A stretch of DNA of 64,000 nt from positions 142,600,001 through 142,664,000 of the forward strand of contig OX597816.1 of assembly GCA_951406725.2 (NCBI GenBank), written 5' to 3'. Both the position numbers and the translations under genes were made by a program. Origin of the DNA: Octopus vulgaris (lineage: Eukaryota). This document shows, in pieces, positions 13,313 to 27,335 of this stretch (its first letter is position 1; each line of letters starts with the position of its first letter). The notes under the pieces are model-generated. The model saw nothing but the letters and a program-made list of their open reading frames with translations. It had not been told where the DNA came from and made no database searches.

Positions 13313-13381
13313 ATGGGTAGTGGAAGGTGTTCTTTATCGCCGACCAATACGGCAATAATGGTCATTTTTGTCCTACAGCTG
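13313..13381 (+). CDS. Probable first coding exon of a host membrane-protein gene (MGSGRCSLSPTNTAIMVIFVLQL); resembles the NKAIN-family N-terminus
   Basis: ATG in good context (GTCATGG), 23 codons, then a consensus donor CTG|GTAAGT (phase 0), in CpG-retaining sequence. NKAIN exon 1 typically reads MG-C-rich..hydrophobic..LQL before a phase-0 intron. The expected exon 2 (ERQxFDFLGYxW) was not found in the window. Confidence 0.5.
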
Positions 13382-16300
13382 GTAAGTTATCACATTTTTT
13401 AAAGAAAATTTCTTTTTCATATTAATCTTCTTTTATCATTTATTTTATTTATATTATTCATTTCGTCACCCCTCCTCACTCAAAAATACGTGTAATCATT
13501 CATCTATTTGACGGTAAAACCCCCTTTTCACAAAAAAGGTGAGGTGACAACCGACACGCATCCATCCACTAGTGACCTGTTTGTGTTAAACCGTTTGTTT
13601 AAAATAATAGAGGGAATAATAATTTTGACTGTTTTTCATTGTATATCGTCTTTTGTTTTCTTTTTTGTCTCACCTACCTTGCTAAATGCTAAGTAATAAA
13701 TTCTGTGCGAGTTTCATTATAATATGCACGTGTTTGTGTATATGTGTGTGCAGGTACACACACGCATGTTTCCGCCTATGAAAACACCCATTCATATTAT
13801 GAATATATATATATATTCATCCTTGCGACAAAATCTTTCAAGTAATGAAGTCTTTTTAAGAAAGTGTTTTCTTTCATTTGCCCCAAAGACAAACAAAGGC
13901 AACACAGACCTACAATAATAATAATAGTAACCGTGTTTCATTTTACCGATATCCGCAACTCGGTTTCGATCACCGGTCGAAACAATTTCCCTTTAATAAC
14001 TTAAAAGAAAGGCATGCATGTCATAACGACCATGTTCACCCTCGACTACTTCTCTGATCGTTCCTTATAAATTATTATATTGGCTATTATTCTTTTTAAA
14101 CAAGAGTTTATCTTCAGCCCACCAAGGAATTTAAAGGAGGTAGAAATTATATCAAGCAGACGTTCAATTTATACTTAGTCCCACATTATTAGATTTAATG
14201 CTTTACATTTAAGAAATCCTGAAAAATCAAAATTTTATACTTCAGTGGCTAACGAAACATTATTTTAAACTGTATTTCTGTTTATAAGAAAGGTATGAGG
14301 GCAATTTAATCTTGTTCCTATTCCCTGTAATGGGCCTAATGCTTAACGGATCCATTGTATTTCTGGACTATTTATCGTGTCTATTGAGTGCTCCTCTCTC
14401 TCCCATTTGTAAATCCTAACGTATTTGAGAGAGATCGTTAAAGGGAGAATGTTTTATTCCTGCATAACTGTAAATACTTGTGCCGCATTTACAGATATCA
14501 CAATTACAGCATGCTGTTTATTTTCCTTTGTTGAACATTCTCGTTGTTTATGAAACCTGGCGAGAAAGTGTGAGGGTGACTGACTACCTTTCTGAACTGC
14601 GAAATTATAGCTGGTATGCAGGAATAGTATGACACTGACCAGTTTAGTGGACAATCCCACATTTGGTCTCTCCATTCACCTGATGTTGTGTTGTTGATAG
14701 CAACTCGCCCACAGTGATAGTAGTTATGAAAATGGTTTCTATAAATAGCTTCAGAAACACCTACAATTTTTTGTATTCGGTCCCGTTGTGGTTGTTCAGC
14801 CCTGTCTCGACGCTGCTTGATTGACTTTTCAAAGGCCTCTGAAATATCCTGTCATTTATTTTTATCCCGTTTATCATAGCCACCAACACAGTCTCTTCAC
14901 TTTATTTACATGGCTTTGAGAAAAGCATAAACCTGATAGTCTCTGCCTCCCTCTCTCTCTCATTCATAAAGGAAAAGAAATTGTAAATTAACGACTAATC
15001 TCCTGACGAGCTGAAAACTCAGGTTTCGATTTTTGGTGGTAACCATTTTACCTGTGTAGCTCATAACAAAGAAAGGTATAGCTGTCACATAAAACCATTT
15101 CCTTCTCTTTTGTTAATCTGAAAGTATGTGTTGAAATTGTCATTTCGAGGAAAAAGAATATAATTTAGAAAAGGTGAATACTAAGAATATAGTAGCGGTT
15201 GAAATCGGTAAATAATTAAAATATAGGCATGTACACTCTCTCAACTATTTCATTGTACCAAGGGGAAACAAGTGTCCTCTTCTAGAAATTTTTGGAACAC
15301 ACCCTAAACATAGCATTACCATGGCTGCTTAAGTAACAAATCAGTATTTCCAGACAGAACAGTAACCCATTAGCGCCCGTGGTCCTTTTTTTCCCCCCCT
15401 TAAGTTAGTCATCAAGACTGGAGTGTCTTTCAAATATTGTAATAAAAATTTTTAATACATTTAATATCAGATAAAGTTGTATAAAAGATTTTTGGTAATA
15501 AATAAATAAAAAATTGGGTACTAATGGGTTAACGTTCTATCTGTTGATAAAGTGCCCTTTCCAATGTTTTAGACACAGTTGTCATGAGATATGTCCATAT
15601 CGCAACTGTCCAAACATCACAGGCAGTAGCTTATTGATGTCGTGAAAGAAATGGACAAAATGCCTGCGGTGTTTATAGATACAGCCCTCTTCGCTCTGAG
15701 TTCAAATCCTACTAAGGTCGATTTTATTTTTCATTCTTATGGGGTTGATAAAAGTAGTAAAGTACCGGCTCAATTTGATGTCTCTACAATATATTTTTAG
15801 CTGTGTATAGAACTGTAATGGACCTAGTCTTTTAAACGAACACAAAACATTTTGTAAGGCAGATTATATTGTGTTGTGATGTTCATAACTTACTGAGGAA
15901 GAATAAAAAAAAAACATTGGATGAAGGGAAATATCACATGAACCAATTCGCTATTAGAAACTATTAAAGGGCATTTAAGAGAGGATTGCCATACATTTCG
16001 TTAAATTTGTTTACACACTTGTCCTTTTTTTTTTTTTTTTTTTATCAGCACAATGCATAAAATTTATAGTTTAAACAGTAAATAGGTTATCGTTAACCAT
16101 GCAAACGAAATAATTTGACTTCAACAGGTGACGAAACAAGTTTGCGGACTCGACTAGCCTAGTTGCTGACACTTGTGGATTATATTTCATTATCTCTAGG
16201 AAGTAGTTGTTAAAGTTTAAATTTATTTGTATTAACGTTGCTGAAATTTTATTTAACGAATACAGATAACCAAAGCCGTCTTAGCATTATTGGCCCTCGG

Positions 16301-16733
16301 GTAAATCAATGCACTGGAGCCTATAGTATTATATTGACAGCAAACTACAACATACACGGATCAAAATTAGGCCCCTACACAGATGAGACCTCCCAACCCG
16401 AACAAACTACCTAATGTGCCCATAGCGCTACAGATAATTGTTTTTCAGGGAAATATTCTGGAGTTAGGCGAGGAGAGAAGTGCTTTATCTTTATTTCGAA
16501 TCTTTCTATATAATCCCTGATCAAAGGCATTCTAGGTATGGTCAACCTGACTTAGTACACTGTACCTGCACATTGTACCTTGGACAACGCTATCCAATGT
16601 TTCTTTTTCCTAAGGCCCAGGTTGTAATTTGAAGGTGAAGTGCTTGCAACTTTATCATGTCAAGCGACTAGGTAGAAATTCCCTTTCTCAATAATATTTG
16701 TAATTGTCTCTTCTTAAATCGACAAACCCATTA

Positions 16734-16767
<34 letters not shown>

Positions 16768-18219
16768 ATCGTAACATTCTTTGATTCCGATTTTATAAAC
16801 AAACATAAAAAAGAAAAAAAAATTCCTTTGTAGGTGCCGGGTAGTTTCGACTCACTCAATGTTTATAAAGTTGAATTTGATAATTTTCATTTGACTATGT
16901 GAGCACAGTCTATTGTATGTATCACGAAATATTTATTGACTTCGAGTGATTGTCCAACAGAGCCAAACACATGAGCCGGTTTCCAAACATGTTGTCTATC
17001 ACGTCATCCTGAATTGCTAGAAACAACAGCTAAATCTCCCTGAAATCATTTTAAATAAGGAAAGAATGTACTAGGTAGTGTACTCCTCCAACCACCCAAA
17101 CAGACTGCATGATCACAGCTTGAATATTTTTAATTATAGGTTTACTTGATCAAGGATGACTTGGGCAAAGCAACACAAATTAACGAAACGAGGAGGCTTC
17201 TACGTAGTCTTGCGACCTGCTAAAAATAGCAGCCAAATCTAGCTTAAGAACCGCGTTTACTCGATTACAATGCGATCTTGAATGTAATGCAATTCCTAGT
17301 TTTGGTACATAAAAGTCAGAAATATTTTATCTCCGACTTTTTTTTACACTCGACTTTCATGATAATCCTCAATTTTCTAATCTGATAGCTTGCATTAAAT
17401 TTCTCGTATTATGCAAAATAAATAATGTAGACCCCACTTCCAAGCTATCTTAAAAGGGGAACATGGTGTATGTGAATTCCTTCTCACAAAAATAAAACAT
17501 GATGATAAAAGCTGGAATGCCTTTGATGTCCTCGTTCGGAGCTGACCGATGGTTAAACAAAACAAACAATAACGTCATTCACATCGATTTCTATAAAAAA
17601 ATTTGAGACTTTACGCCAAGAAAGAAATTTTTTTCTTTTTAAGCTTTGAGGGAAAAAAAAGTTGCCCCTTTTTTTTTTTTTTTTTGGTATATTAACCGTC
17701 TCCATTATTAGAATTCTTTTGTTAGATTTCAAATAATATATCGATGTTTTCACAGTCACTCCACAGTAGTATAGAAAATATTTGAAACATTTATTACACT
17801 AAAGCGATAAAAGGCTGCGATGTGTCATTGAGTTCAAATCCTGCTGAAGTTAGCATTACCTTTTATCCCTTCTGGGATCGATAAAATAAATCTCCGGCAT
17901 GTATTAGAGGCGATATTGCCAACTATACTCTTCTCTTAAAATTTTGTTTATCGTGAACCTGTGTGAGAAATCAATAGTTTATGCAGGGGCGGGTGAAGGG
18001 AGAGGCTGGGGTATCAAGAGTATTGATCTAAAAGGTGGCCATTGTTTTTCAAAGCTTTTTTTTTTTTTTTTTTGTAATATTTAATTCCTGACTGATGGGT
18101 TTTGAAATTTAACGATCTTTCAAAATTTATTACGTCCATTTTCGGCTGTCTTCTACCAGACGTGCTTCGTTGATTCCATTTCTTCGTTTGGAAAGGTTTG
18201 CTGATTCGACAATTTAGTT

Positions 18220-18430
18220 GCTGTTATTGTTGATGTTTAGCCTCGAGTCACGTCACTCTTGATTGAGCATACCTACGATCAAAGGCATTCCAGCTGTAAC
18301 CACCTCCCCTTTATTAAGGGTAGCAGGACTACACTATATAGTGTACTTTCTTAACCTTATTTAAAATGGTAGGGTGTAGTTTAAGGGAGAGTTGACTGCT
18401 ATTTCTTGCAGGTCAAGCAGCTTCTCTGGC
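18220..18430 (+). repeat. Representative of an old, abundant interspersed repeat of unresolved class
   Basis: Motifs TTGTTTAGCC..ATCAAAGGCATTCCAGC..GGGAGATTTGGCTGCTATTTCTAGCAGGTC recur in both orientations at ~10560-10900, 11620-11850, 16510-16680, 17000-17230, 22400-22590, 44460-44630, 51500-51660, 57180-57350 and 62200-62500. Confidence 0.65.
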
Positions 18431-19060
18431 AATTTCTTGATCAAGTTAGCAAACTGTGAAATTTTATATAAAGATTTTTATAGATCTTCATAAAACGTAG
18501 CCATTACTGTTGTTTATTTATTTTAATCTTTTATATTTATTCAATTCTAATTAAAAAAAAAAAAGGTCTTTAATAAATGCAATAGTGTGTGTCGAAGATG
18601 ATTTTCTTAATATAGATAGAATTTCTTGGAATTTTGCATTTAAAAAACAAAACTGTTGTTTATCTTATGTCGGTATTCTTTCGTTACATTTTGTAACGGA
18701 AGAATACCATTATATCTATTACATGTAGATTGCTATACAATATAGTGTGTAGAGGGGGAAAAAAAACTCGACGGTAATCGAATCTATAATCTCTGCTTAC
18801 CATCCACCTGGACTCCATAAATCTTTGTTCTTGATCGTTTGAAGTGTGTGTGTATATGTAACACCGCGGGGGAAAAAAGCGGTGTTGTTTATGTTCCATA
18901 ACTTAGCGGTTTCACACGTGTGTGTGTATGTGTGTATAAGAGAGCGGGCGAAATCCTTCAGTATAGTAGACGATGTTATTCACCTACACAACGTTCCCTC
19001 ATGACAGATACAGGAGGTTGGCGTCGTCTACTAATGCCGAAGGACTACTTATATATACTT

Positions 19061-19116
<56 letters not shown>

Positions 19117-19119
19117 ATG

Positions 19120-19312
19120 AATCGCTAGCTTCTGCACGCATTTTTTTCTTTCCATGTTTCTTTTCTGTGTATCTTTCTGTTGAAGAGCGTAGGCTCGAAA
19201 CGTAAAAGACTTGTTTTATTTATATTCCTGAGCGCCATACTAATACAATTGTTTGTTTGTACTCCACCTGCCTTCGTCTTTTGTTTATTTTCATAAAGCT
19301 TTCCGTTATTTT
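19120..19312 (+). mobile_element. Short element between (TA)n tracts carrying a minimal hammerhead-like motif (19172-19209); probable solo Penelope-like pLTR
   Basis: TTGAAGA-GC-GTAG-GC-TC-GAAAC-GTA with flanking TCTTT/AAAGA pairing; (TA)n on both sides. Confidence 0.55.
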
Positions 19313-20356
19313 TATATATATATATATATATATAGTGTATGATTATATATCTATTAATGTAAGTGTACGCGTATGAGTTTGTGTATGTATGTGCATACAT
19401 GTAGTGTAACTATGATAGTGTCTAAGATTTATGCTTCTATTGAATGTTTTTACTTCTCTAAATGAAATTCGTGCAATTTGCCCGGAATTTCACCCCTAAA
19501 TAGGTTTTTTTTTTGTTATTTTATTTTTGTTGAAATTTCTTTTTCAATTTATACATTCTTAGTTAATGATATTAATTTCCTCCTAATTAACCACAGGAAA
19601 TCAATTTACTCTAGACACAAGTAAAAGAAGATTAATTAACTTGGCAAATTTATGAGCAGGTGGGTTTTCTTATTACTGTACATCCGTCCGTCGTTGCTCG
19701 AAGTCAGAAGTTGAAAAAGCTTCTAGCTCTAAATCCCTCAACATCTGAATATCCTCATTGTAGAAAAATTCAAGTTAGAAAATGTAGTTATGTCTTGAAC
19801 TGGTTACAAGTTTCTATAAAGTGCTTAATTGCACAAACATCTTGTGATCAGCGCCCAGCTGAATATGACAAATATTTAAAATATACTCTGCTGTTAAAAT
19901 CACTGGTTAAATATCAGCAGTATATAATTCTTTTTAATGTTTGGCACAAGGCCAGCAGTTTTGAGGGAAAGAGTTTGGTCGATTTATATCGTCTCCAGGG
20001 CTTAACTAGTACCTATTTATCAACTTCCGAAAGGGACGAAAAGCTAAGTCGACCTCTGCGAAACTTGAACTCAGAACGTAACGAGCCAGAAGAAATGACG
20101 CTAAGCTTTCTGTTTGACACGTTAACTGTTCTGCCATACTCGCCGCCTTATAATAACGATTTTATTATGGAAGTGGGGTCAGGGACAGGTAATGGATTAA
20201 CTCGATACTTGACAATAACTTGTTTTTATTGACAAGAAAAGCTAAAGTCGAGCTGGTTGGAAATGAACTCTGCACATAAAGAAAATATCAAACCTAAATA
20301 CTGCATGGCATCGTGTCAGGCACTTTCTCGATTCTGCTACTCTGCCGCCGTCAGCA

Positions 20357-20700
20357 ATAATCTTTTCTACTCTAGGCACAAGGCCTGAAATTTTGGGGTG
20401 AGGGGCTAGTCGATTAAGGCAAAGTCGACCTCTGCGGAATTTGAACTCAGAACGTAAAGACAAACGAAATACCCATTTCTTTACTACCCACAAGGGACTA
20501 AACACAGAGGGGACAAACAAGGACAGACAAACGGATTAAGTCGATTACATCGACTCCAGTGCGTAACTGGTACTTAATTTATCGACCCCGAAAGGATGAA
20601 AGGCAAAGTCGACCTCGGCGGAATTTGAACTCAGAACGTAACGACAGACGAAATACCGCTAAGCATTTCGCCCGGCGTTCTAATCTTTCTGCCAGCGTCA
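20357..20700 (-). mobile_element. tRNA-derived SINE(s) with Nin/Deu-type central domain (young copy plus adjacent partial copy)
   Basis: Minus strand B-box-like GAGTTCAAATTCC followed by GAGGTCGACTTTGCCTTTCATCCTTTCGGGGTCGATAAA..GTACC; many further copies, e.g. 19930-20150, 21150-21295, 28240-28430, 46985-47200, 58830-59000, 61400-61615. Confidence 0.8.
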
Positions 20701-21329
20701 GCAATAATAATGTTTCTAATTTAGGTAGAAGGCCTGTAGTTTTGAGGGGAAGGAATAACTCGATTAAATCAACCCCATTAATTGAATGGCACTTTATTCT
20801 ATCGACTTTGAAGGGATAAAAGGTAAAATTAATCGCAGTGGGATTTGAATTCAAAACACAAATGCTCGCAAAACATTTTCCCGATGCTCTAACGTTTCTA
20901 ATAATCCGCCTCTATATGTTTATTCGTGTTCAACATGCAACTTCTTTCGTCAAAGCCACCAAATAGGAAAACTACCGACGCTTGCTTACCGAATGAAGGT
21001 GGCAGGGCGATTTTCACAATGACCTCGGCCGATAGCCAAATCTGTTCTACATGCAACAACAGTTGTTCAACATAACTCCACTAGTCAGTTTCGGTTGAAT
21101 GTCGCTCTTCGTGTATCTCTGTCGGCACCTTCATACCTTTAGATTTTATTCTGAGTTGACTTTGCCTTTCATCCTTTTGGGGTCGATAAATTATGTACCA
21201 GTTATGCACTGGTGTCGATCTAATCGACTTAATCCCTTTGTCTGTCTTTGTTTGCCCCCTCTATGTTTAGCCCCTTGTGGGCAATAAAGAAATAAGATTT
21301 TTTCTGAGTCGGCAGTTTTCTTCCCGATA

Positions 21330-22060
21330 ACATAATAAAGTCCTCCATAATAGACCAACGTAATAGACACTCAGTTTCTGCGAGAACTTAGTTACTCTTC
21401 CCTGTCACCAATCATCTATAGAAAGCTAATGTGGAAGATCTACCGACCTCATTGTCCAAAATGGAATTTCCTTCCCAGGTACGGAACTTGCTTAGTTTTT
21501 GCTTTTGTTTCCACCTCGTATTCCTTTAGGGTTCTGAGCGCCTCGCAACATTATCATTACCTTTACTGACTCAGGATTGCAGCTCTGTCAAGAGACGAGT
21601 TGGAGTTGTGGAAAGACTTGCAAATCGACCACACCTGCTCATCAAGGTGGAATCTCTGCATATTCCTCAGTTTACGTCTACGCATCATCAGTCCGAGCAT
21701 ATCGAGCCGATTGCGTAGAGAGGGTTGGAAATAGATGGCTCGTCCGACCAGTGAAACGTGCCCTCTTTCACAAGAAAAGTAGATGTTCTATTCTAGCCAA
21801 AGAGAAATTGAAACCTGGTGTGGTACCTCACGATGTTTTGCCAAGATGGATTTACCCTCCCAGGTACCGAGCTGCAAATTCCCCAGCATGCTTAGGTTAA
21901 CTCTTGCTTCCTGCAAAATCTCTCAATCTTTTAGATTAGTGCCAACTATCTCGATTTCTGTGGTGTCCGACTCCATTATATTGGTGTCTTCTGTATATAC
22001 CAATACGGCTCTCCTACGTCCCAATAGGAACAAAGTGTATCCCCCTAACGCCTAGTTTTC
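21330..22060 (-). pseudogene. Tx1/L1-type LINE reverse transcriptase relic
   Basis: Minus strand translates ..YTEDTNIMESDTTEIEIVGTNLKD*E..ARVN..LQLGTWEGKS and further GHVSLVGRAI, matching the YADD region and downstream GAKIN..GLxLGxW motifs of L1/Tx1 RT, with stops and frameshifts. Confidence 0.65.
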
Positions 22061-24489
22061 GTAGCAGTGTTTCACTTACTGTTTTTCAAAATTGATCCGA
22101 TGTTCAATCCGATGCTTTTTAGACTGACCACTATGTTGATGCTGCTGTACATTAAAGCGATTCAGCCCCTGAAAACGGCATTGAAACTAACTGCATTGAA
22201 AATCGACCCAATCGAAAACTTTCGATTGATCCAAATCGATCAGTCGCACTGAAGTCAGGGTTGTTATCCATCCTCTCTACGATGTTTTGCATGAGAACGA
22301 CTGCTTATTTACATTGTAAATAAATATACAGAAACAGTGCAGAGAGAGGAAACTGTACTGTGGTAACAAATTATAGCATTTAATTTAAATGCTACAGTCC
22401 AGCGAGGAAGCCTCTGTGTGGTCGTTCTTTTTACTTGAAATATCAGCCAAATCCGCACACACACAAGAACATACCCGTTTATCTTAAAGGATGGAACATA
22501 TTGAAAAATGTGGTCCTCAATACACCGATAATCACAGCTAGACGCTCTTTAATCGCTTGTCTATTCAAATAGGGCTGACTTGGTGTTAAACAGGAGAGAT
22601 AAATGAAACTCGATGAATTATTAACAATGAAAGTAGTTGGTTCGAATTTCATCCTAAGCTGCCAAAATATAGATGGGCACTAGTCCATATAGTTATTTAG
22701 ATAAAAATAAATATATAATAAAGATAACAGAATATCGATCTTGTTGGTTTCGACAAGAATATGACCACGCTTAATATAATTAGTAATTTCCAACAGGCGG
22801 GAGGCCACAAATCGTGATGTAGGGAAGGAGAACCAATTCTTGACTATCCGGGTTCACTTAGAAGCAGCGATGGATATGATAGTGTTTGTGACATACAGAT
22901 GGACGGAATTCAGTTTTTCACTTCACGGTGGGGAGAAAGAGGTTTATAGTGTCTAATTCTAGACTCGCGGATCTTAGCGTACCCATGTTTCTCAAAGCCC
23001 ATTTTTATCACTGCTCGTAAAGTGTCGATAGGCCCGAAACTTTGGTCATCGTTGCTTAGCTTAAACTCAGCGCGGATCGGACAGCATATGGTGAAAAACT
23101 GTTCCAGTAGCAACAACATCCTCTTTTAATATATCTGAGAACATGCATGGGGCCGCATGAAACATGGCCCATCATCAGGCGATCCACAATACTTTAAAAA
23201 TTCAAGGTAATTTTTCGTTAGGTGTGCTTTTCAGAAAGTCCGCGGACTACAGTTTGTCTGCTCATGACAGTCTTGGCACTACGTCTTATTTATTATAAGA
23301 GGATAGTAGTTTAGTTTGGCTGCTATTTCATTTACGATATTTTAATGAGCTGGCCAAGGTAATCCCATCGGGTCACCATTTTTAGCTGGGGTGGTTATAA
23401 AGTCTCCCTTGGTTTACTATGGAATGTTGTATACAGCGTGTTAACTCGTGGAAATGATACAAGAAACAAACTTTAAAATAATAGTAAAACTTTATTCCTC
23501 TGCAAAATTATACAGTGGACCAGACAAGAAAATTACAGCAAAGCTGCGTGATAAATGGTGTCAGATGTGGCATGCAGACCATCATATAACTTGTTTCATC
23601 ATTCCTTCCTTTCCGTTTTAGTTTGACATGCACATTGCGTTTTTATTCTTCTCTTCCTTTTTACGAATTCAGTGTGCACATGTGCATTGCGTGTTCATAC
23701 TTCTTTCCGGTTCCTAGTCAAAACTGTTTACAGATCACAACCATCTCACGAACCTGCCTTCATGAGTAGGTCTTCGCGCTCCGATTGTTGTGAAATAACA
23801 CACCACGGATTCAGTTAGGATAAATCAACTCTGAATTTTCGTTGGTTACAAGTGCTTCGTTATAACAGCAGGAAAATATGACGCGTTCTCTAGGAAATCT
23901 CTCTTCTCACTGCTCAAATGATTTGACATAACTATTTATAAGCAGAGTGTAGGTTCCAGCGATGATTCAGATTAATCGTTTGGGGATGTATTAAGCACAA
24001 CGTGATTAAACTCCAGATCCATGTCCCGCGTAATACTCGGCCAATCAAAATACAAGGCTCAACCAAATGTTCCAAACTTACGTAATAGGTCAAACGACCA
24101 ATCATTAAAGATTAACGTGTGGAACCTTATTTAAGGTTTGTTGAACATAAAATTTCACAACAGAAACAATATAGAAACGAACTTCTTAAGCAACCTCTGT
24201 AAGCGTAATTAATATAATAATTATGTATGGCTGTGTATATAATAATGGTTTCTTACAGAAGTATAACGCCACATATTTTGGGGAAGGAGAACAGTCGAAT
24301 ATATCTAGTTCTTGAATTGTAGTTTTTACCGATCCCTGAAGAATGAAAGGCACGTAAATTTGAACTCAAGATATAAAGGGTTGTAACTAAACACCATAAG
24401 GCATTTTGCCCAGAGCTTCATCGAATCTGCTGATATGTATTGTATCTGCTTATCCATTTTCAAGTCAAAGACTCTGTTATATGCGTATA

Positions 24490-25289
24490 TACTAGCTAAA
24501 TTACCCGGTAATACCCGGGAAAACGGGGGTTATTTCCTGTTCCTCTTCTCAGGTTTCATGTCCTATCCCGTTCCCGTTTTAGTTCCGCTCCCATTCCTAT
24601 GTCAGTATATAAATTTTAGAATCAGTTAGGTGTAATTAAGCCATTAAATATTTTAATCTTTATGGTTATAGTTTATTGCTAAAAACAGGTATTACAAACT
24701 GTTAATAGTGGGTGGATAAGGAATGTCTCTATATTATTCTAACAAATGAATATGCATTTGAGTAAAATAAATCAGATTTACAAATACATTGACAAATAGT
24801 CCGCGTGCTGTAACTGGCGTTGTTGCGTGTCGTAGCTTATCGTAGCGTGGCCTTTATCTCGTGTTGCGCGATAAAAATAATTAAGATGTTATGGTGATTT
24901 GGGTTTAATTCATCAAATTAATCTCATGGTGAACCAACTTCCAAGTCATTTTTCATTTCATTGCTCCATGAATCCTATCCACGAATCTTGCAGTTGACCG
25001 TGTCCTTAATGTGACCTTAGCGTGACGTACCCTGTTTACATGAAGGACTGCATGGTTAGAGCCTTACAGAAGCCTTACTTAATTCATATCAGTAGATGTG
25101 TTATTGATTTGTAAACATGAGCTGCAGCCACCCCTAGGGGGCTCATTATAGTTTTTTATTGAAATCCAGTTAGCCTATAATTCAACTGGATGTTAGTTTA
25201 ACATGTATGCAAAGTTTCTTCGAGATTGGTTCACTGGTATAGGCAACAAGATGGTAACAAACAGAAATTACCATTTATGTATAAGATTT
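24490..25289 (+). mobile_element. Non-autonomous Helitron/Helentron-like (HINE/DINE-1-like) element
   Basis: 5' TACTAGC..ACCCGGTAATACCCGGG hairpin; 3' ATGCAAAGTTTCTTCGAGATTGG..AACAAACAGAAATT..TTTATGTATAAGAT, termini typical of this group. Confidence 0.6.
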
Positions 25290-26966
25290 TATACAGTCAG
25301 TAGCCACTAAATTTGTAAAGCTGCATAAAGAAAAAGAAAAGAAACATAAGAGTATTTAATATTCCGGTTTGCCTGTAAATTACTGCTTTTGTGATTCTCA
25401 ATTCTATCATCATATGTGGGGCAATATAGCGTCTTCTCATTTTATCTTTTCCTCTTGAATCTAATCCTACCTTCCTCCGTCTATTGTCCTGCGTGTGTGT
25501 TCGTTCCACATATCCCTTTTATCTCTTTTCCGAAAATCAACATAGTTGTTCAACCTAGCGGCAATAGGAAAGTAGCCACCAAATCGTCCTCAAATCTCGT
25601 CCTACTGTGTAAGAAAATGACTTTCGGATAATGTTGCATTAATTGTACTATGCCTAACGAAGAAGAAAAAAGACACGCTTGAATTATGTTCGATTACAGG
25701 ATTGCTGGATCAGCGTTGACATGGAGCCCAAACGATAACAAAATCGACATGAGTCTGCAAAATCATAAGATTGGATTAGCTTGCTTATGCAAATGGTGGT
25801 CACTACGGAGCAGGGTTAGGGGGTGAAGAACTGGAGAATCTTCTGTGGATTGAGCCTGTAATCCGGTTTTGATTAGCATCGAGAACTACCTAGGTTTACT
25901 TCACGTCAGTACTCATATAGTCGGAAATCGAAAGATGTTTATCCAGAAACTTTATTATACTTTAAATTACCTTCCGACATATATCTCAAGACTTCACTTT
26001 TGGTAACGCCGGATATTTTGGGTTGTATTAAATATACATATCCTATGCTAGTATCTTACATATGTAGTATAATGAGTTGAAAAACTTAGATAAACCTCGT
26101 AATTAGTCGACAAAACCATCTCAAAAAGTAATTAAAATATCAAAACAATCAAATGAATATAATTTATTTACTTAATTTATTACGTCTTTTATTCTGATAT
26201 AGTCAATCTAGGATGACATCCAGTGAGTTGTTTTTTTTTTTTCTTTTAAATGATAGTATTATGAGGGAGAGAATTAGCTGCAGTTTTTCGCATTGTTGGC
26301 TTGAGAATGAATATTCGAATAATTGAAGAAATGGCTACGGCTTGTAACTGCAGAGTTCCAACACTTAATCAAGAGGAGACCAACATTTGAAAGTAAAATT
26401 ATTCTTGCCATATATTAATACTTCGTGAGGGAATGAGAGATGAAGATTTGCCTCATCTTCAAATTTCTTTTATATCTGTATTTACGTTTTGTTTGCAGAT
26501 AAAGGTGTTCTTTACAAGGTGTTAATATAATGTGGAACATGTATAGATTTAATTACGGTAGAGTTCCAATGGAAGACTCTTCAATGTTACACCTGGTTTG
26601 TGAAATTTTTCTGTGTGTATACATCAAAGTGATTGAACAATGGAGTTTAAGATGCAGCATAGTGCTAAATGTACAATTTCGTACTTTCTTCTGTTGCTGG
26701 TATTTGAAAGATGTTCAGTAAGTCTGGGATAAGAAATCTATCTAGACAGTTAATTTCTCATACGGTGAAAGATCTTAACCATGTATAGACAAAACTTTGA
26801 GTGTTATTGTATATGTATATAAAAAGATTTTGTGTATAGCAAAGTTGAGGAGTGATATAATCCATGAGATTCTCTAAAACCCTTTTTTGTATCACCTTGC
26901 TTGGAATGGTCCTAGTTCTCTGTCTGAAACCACCTATTTTCAGTATGATATACCCATGCAAGTGAT

Positions 26967-27335
26967 CCCTCACCACCGACTTCGTCTTTTCATAAATTTC
27001 TGAAAAATCTGCATTTTTTTTTAACTGAAATTTTCTACAAATGCCTTTCAGATGGTGTAAATTATGATTATATCGAAATTTAATGTGAAAAAGCATAATC
27101 GGCGGGCTCTTACACATACAAATACACTTCACATCGCATAATGTTTTCAAAATTTCAAATTTCATTTTGTAGATAATATATGATGTTTGTGTGCGCCGAC
27201 TGATTTTATTTTCACATTAAATTCCGATATAATCATAGTATACACCATCTGTAAAGTATTTGTAGAAAATTTCATTAAAAGATATACATTTTTCTGAAAG
27301 TTATGAGGAAACAAAATCGTAGGAGGGGTGGTGGT
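26967..27335. mobile_element. Foldback / MITE with long imperfect inverted arms
   Basis: GAAATTTTCTACAAATGCCTTTCAGATGGTGTA..ATGATTATATCGAAATTTAATGTGAAAA is mirrored by TTTTCACATTAAATTCCGATATAATCAT..TACACCATCTGTAAAGTATTTGTAGAAAATTTC. Confidence 0.7.

Noticed and set aside
15003-15020. CTGACGA..GAAAA hammerhead-like words
   Set aside because: No room for stem II and no supporting stems I or III.
21577-21900. ORF with LKPGVVP, reminiscent of a THAP-domain AVPTIF box
   Set aside because: No THAP C2CH pattern; the opposite strand is a Tx1/L1 RT relic.
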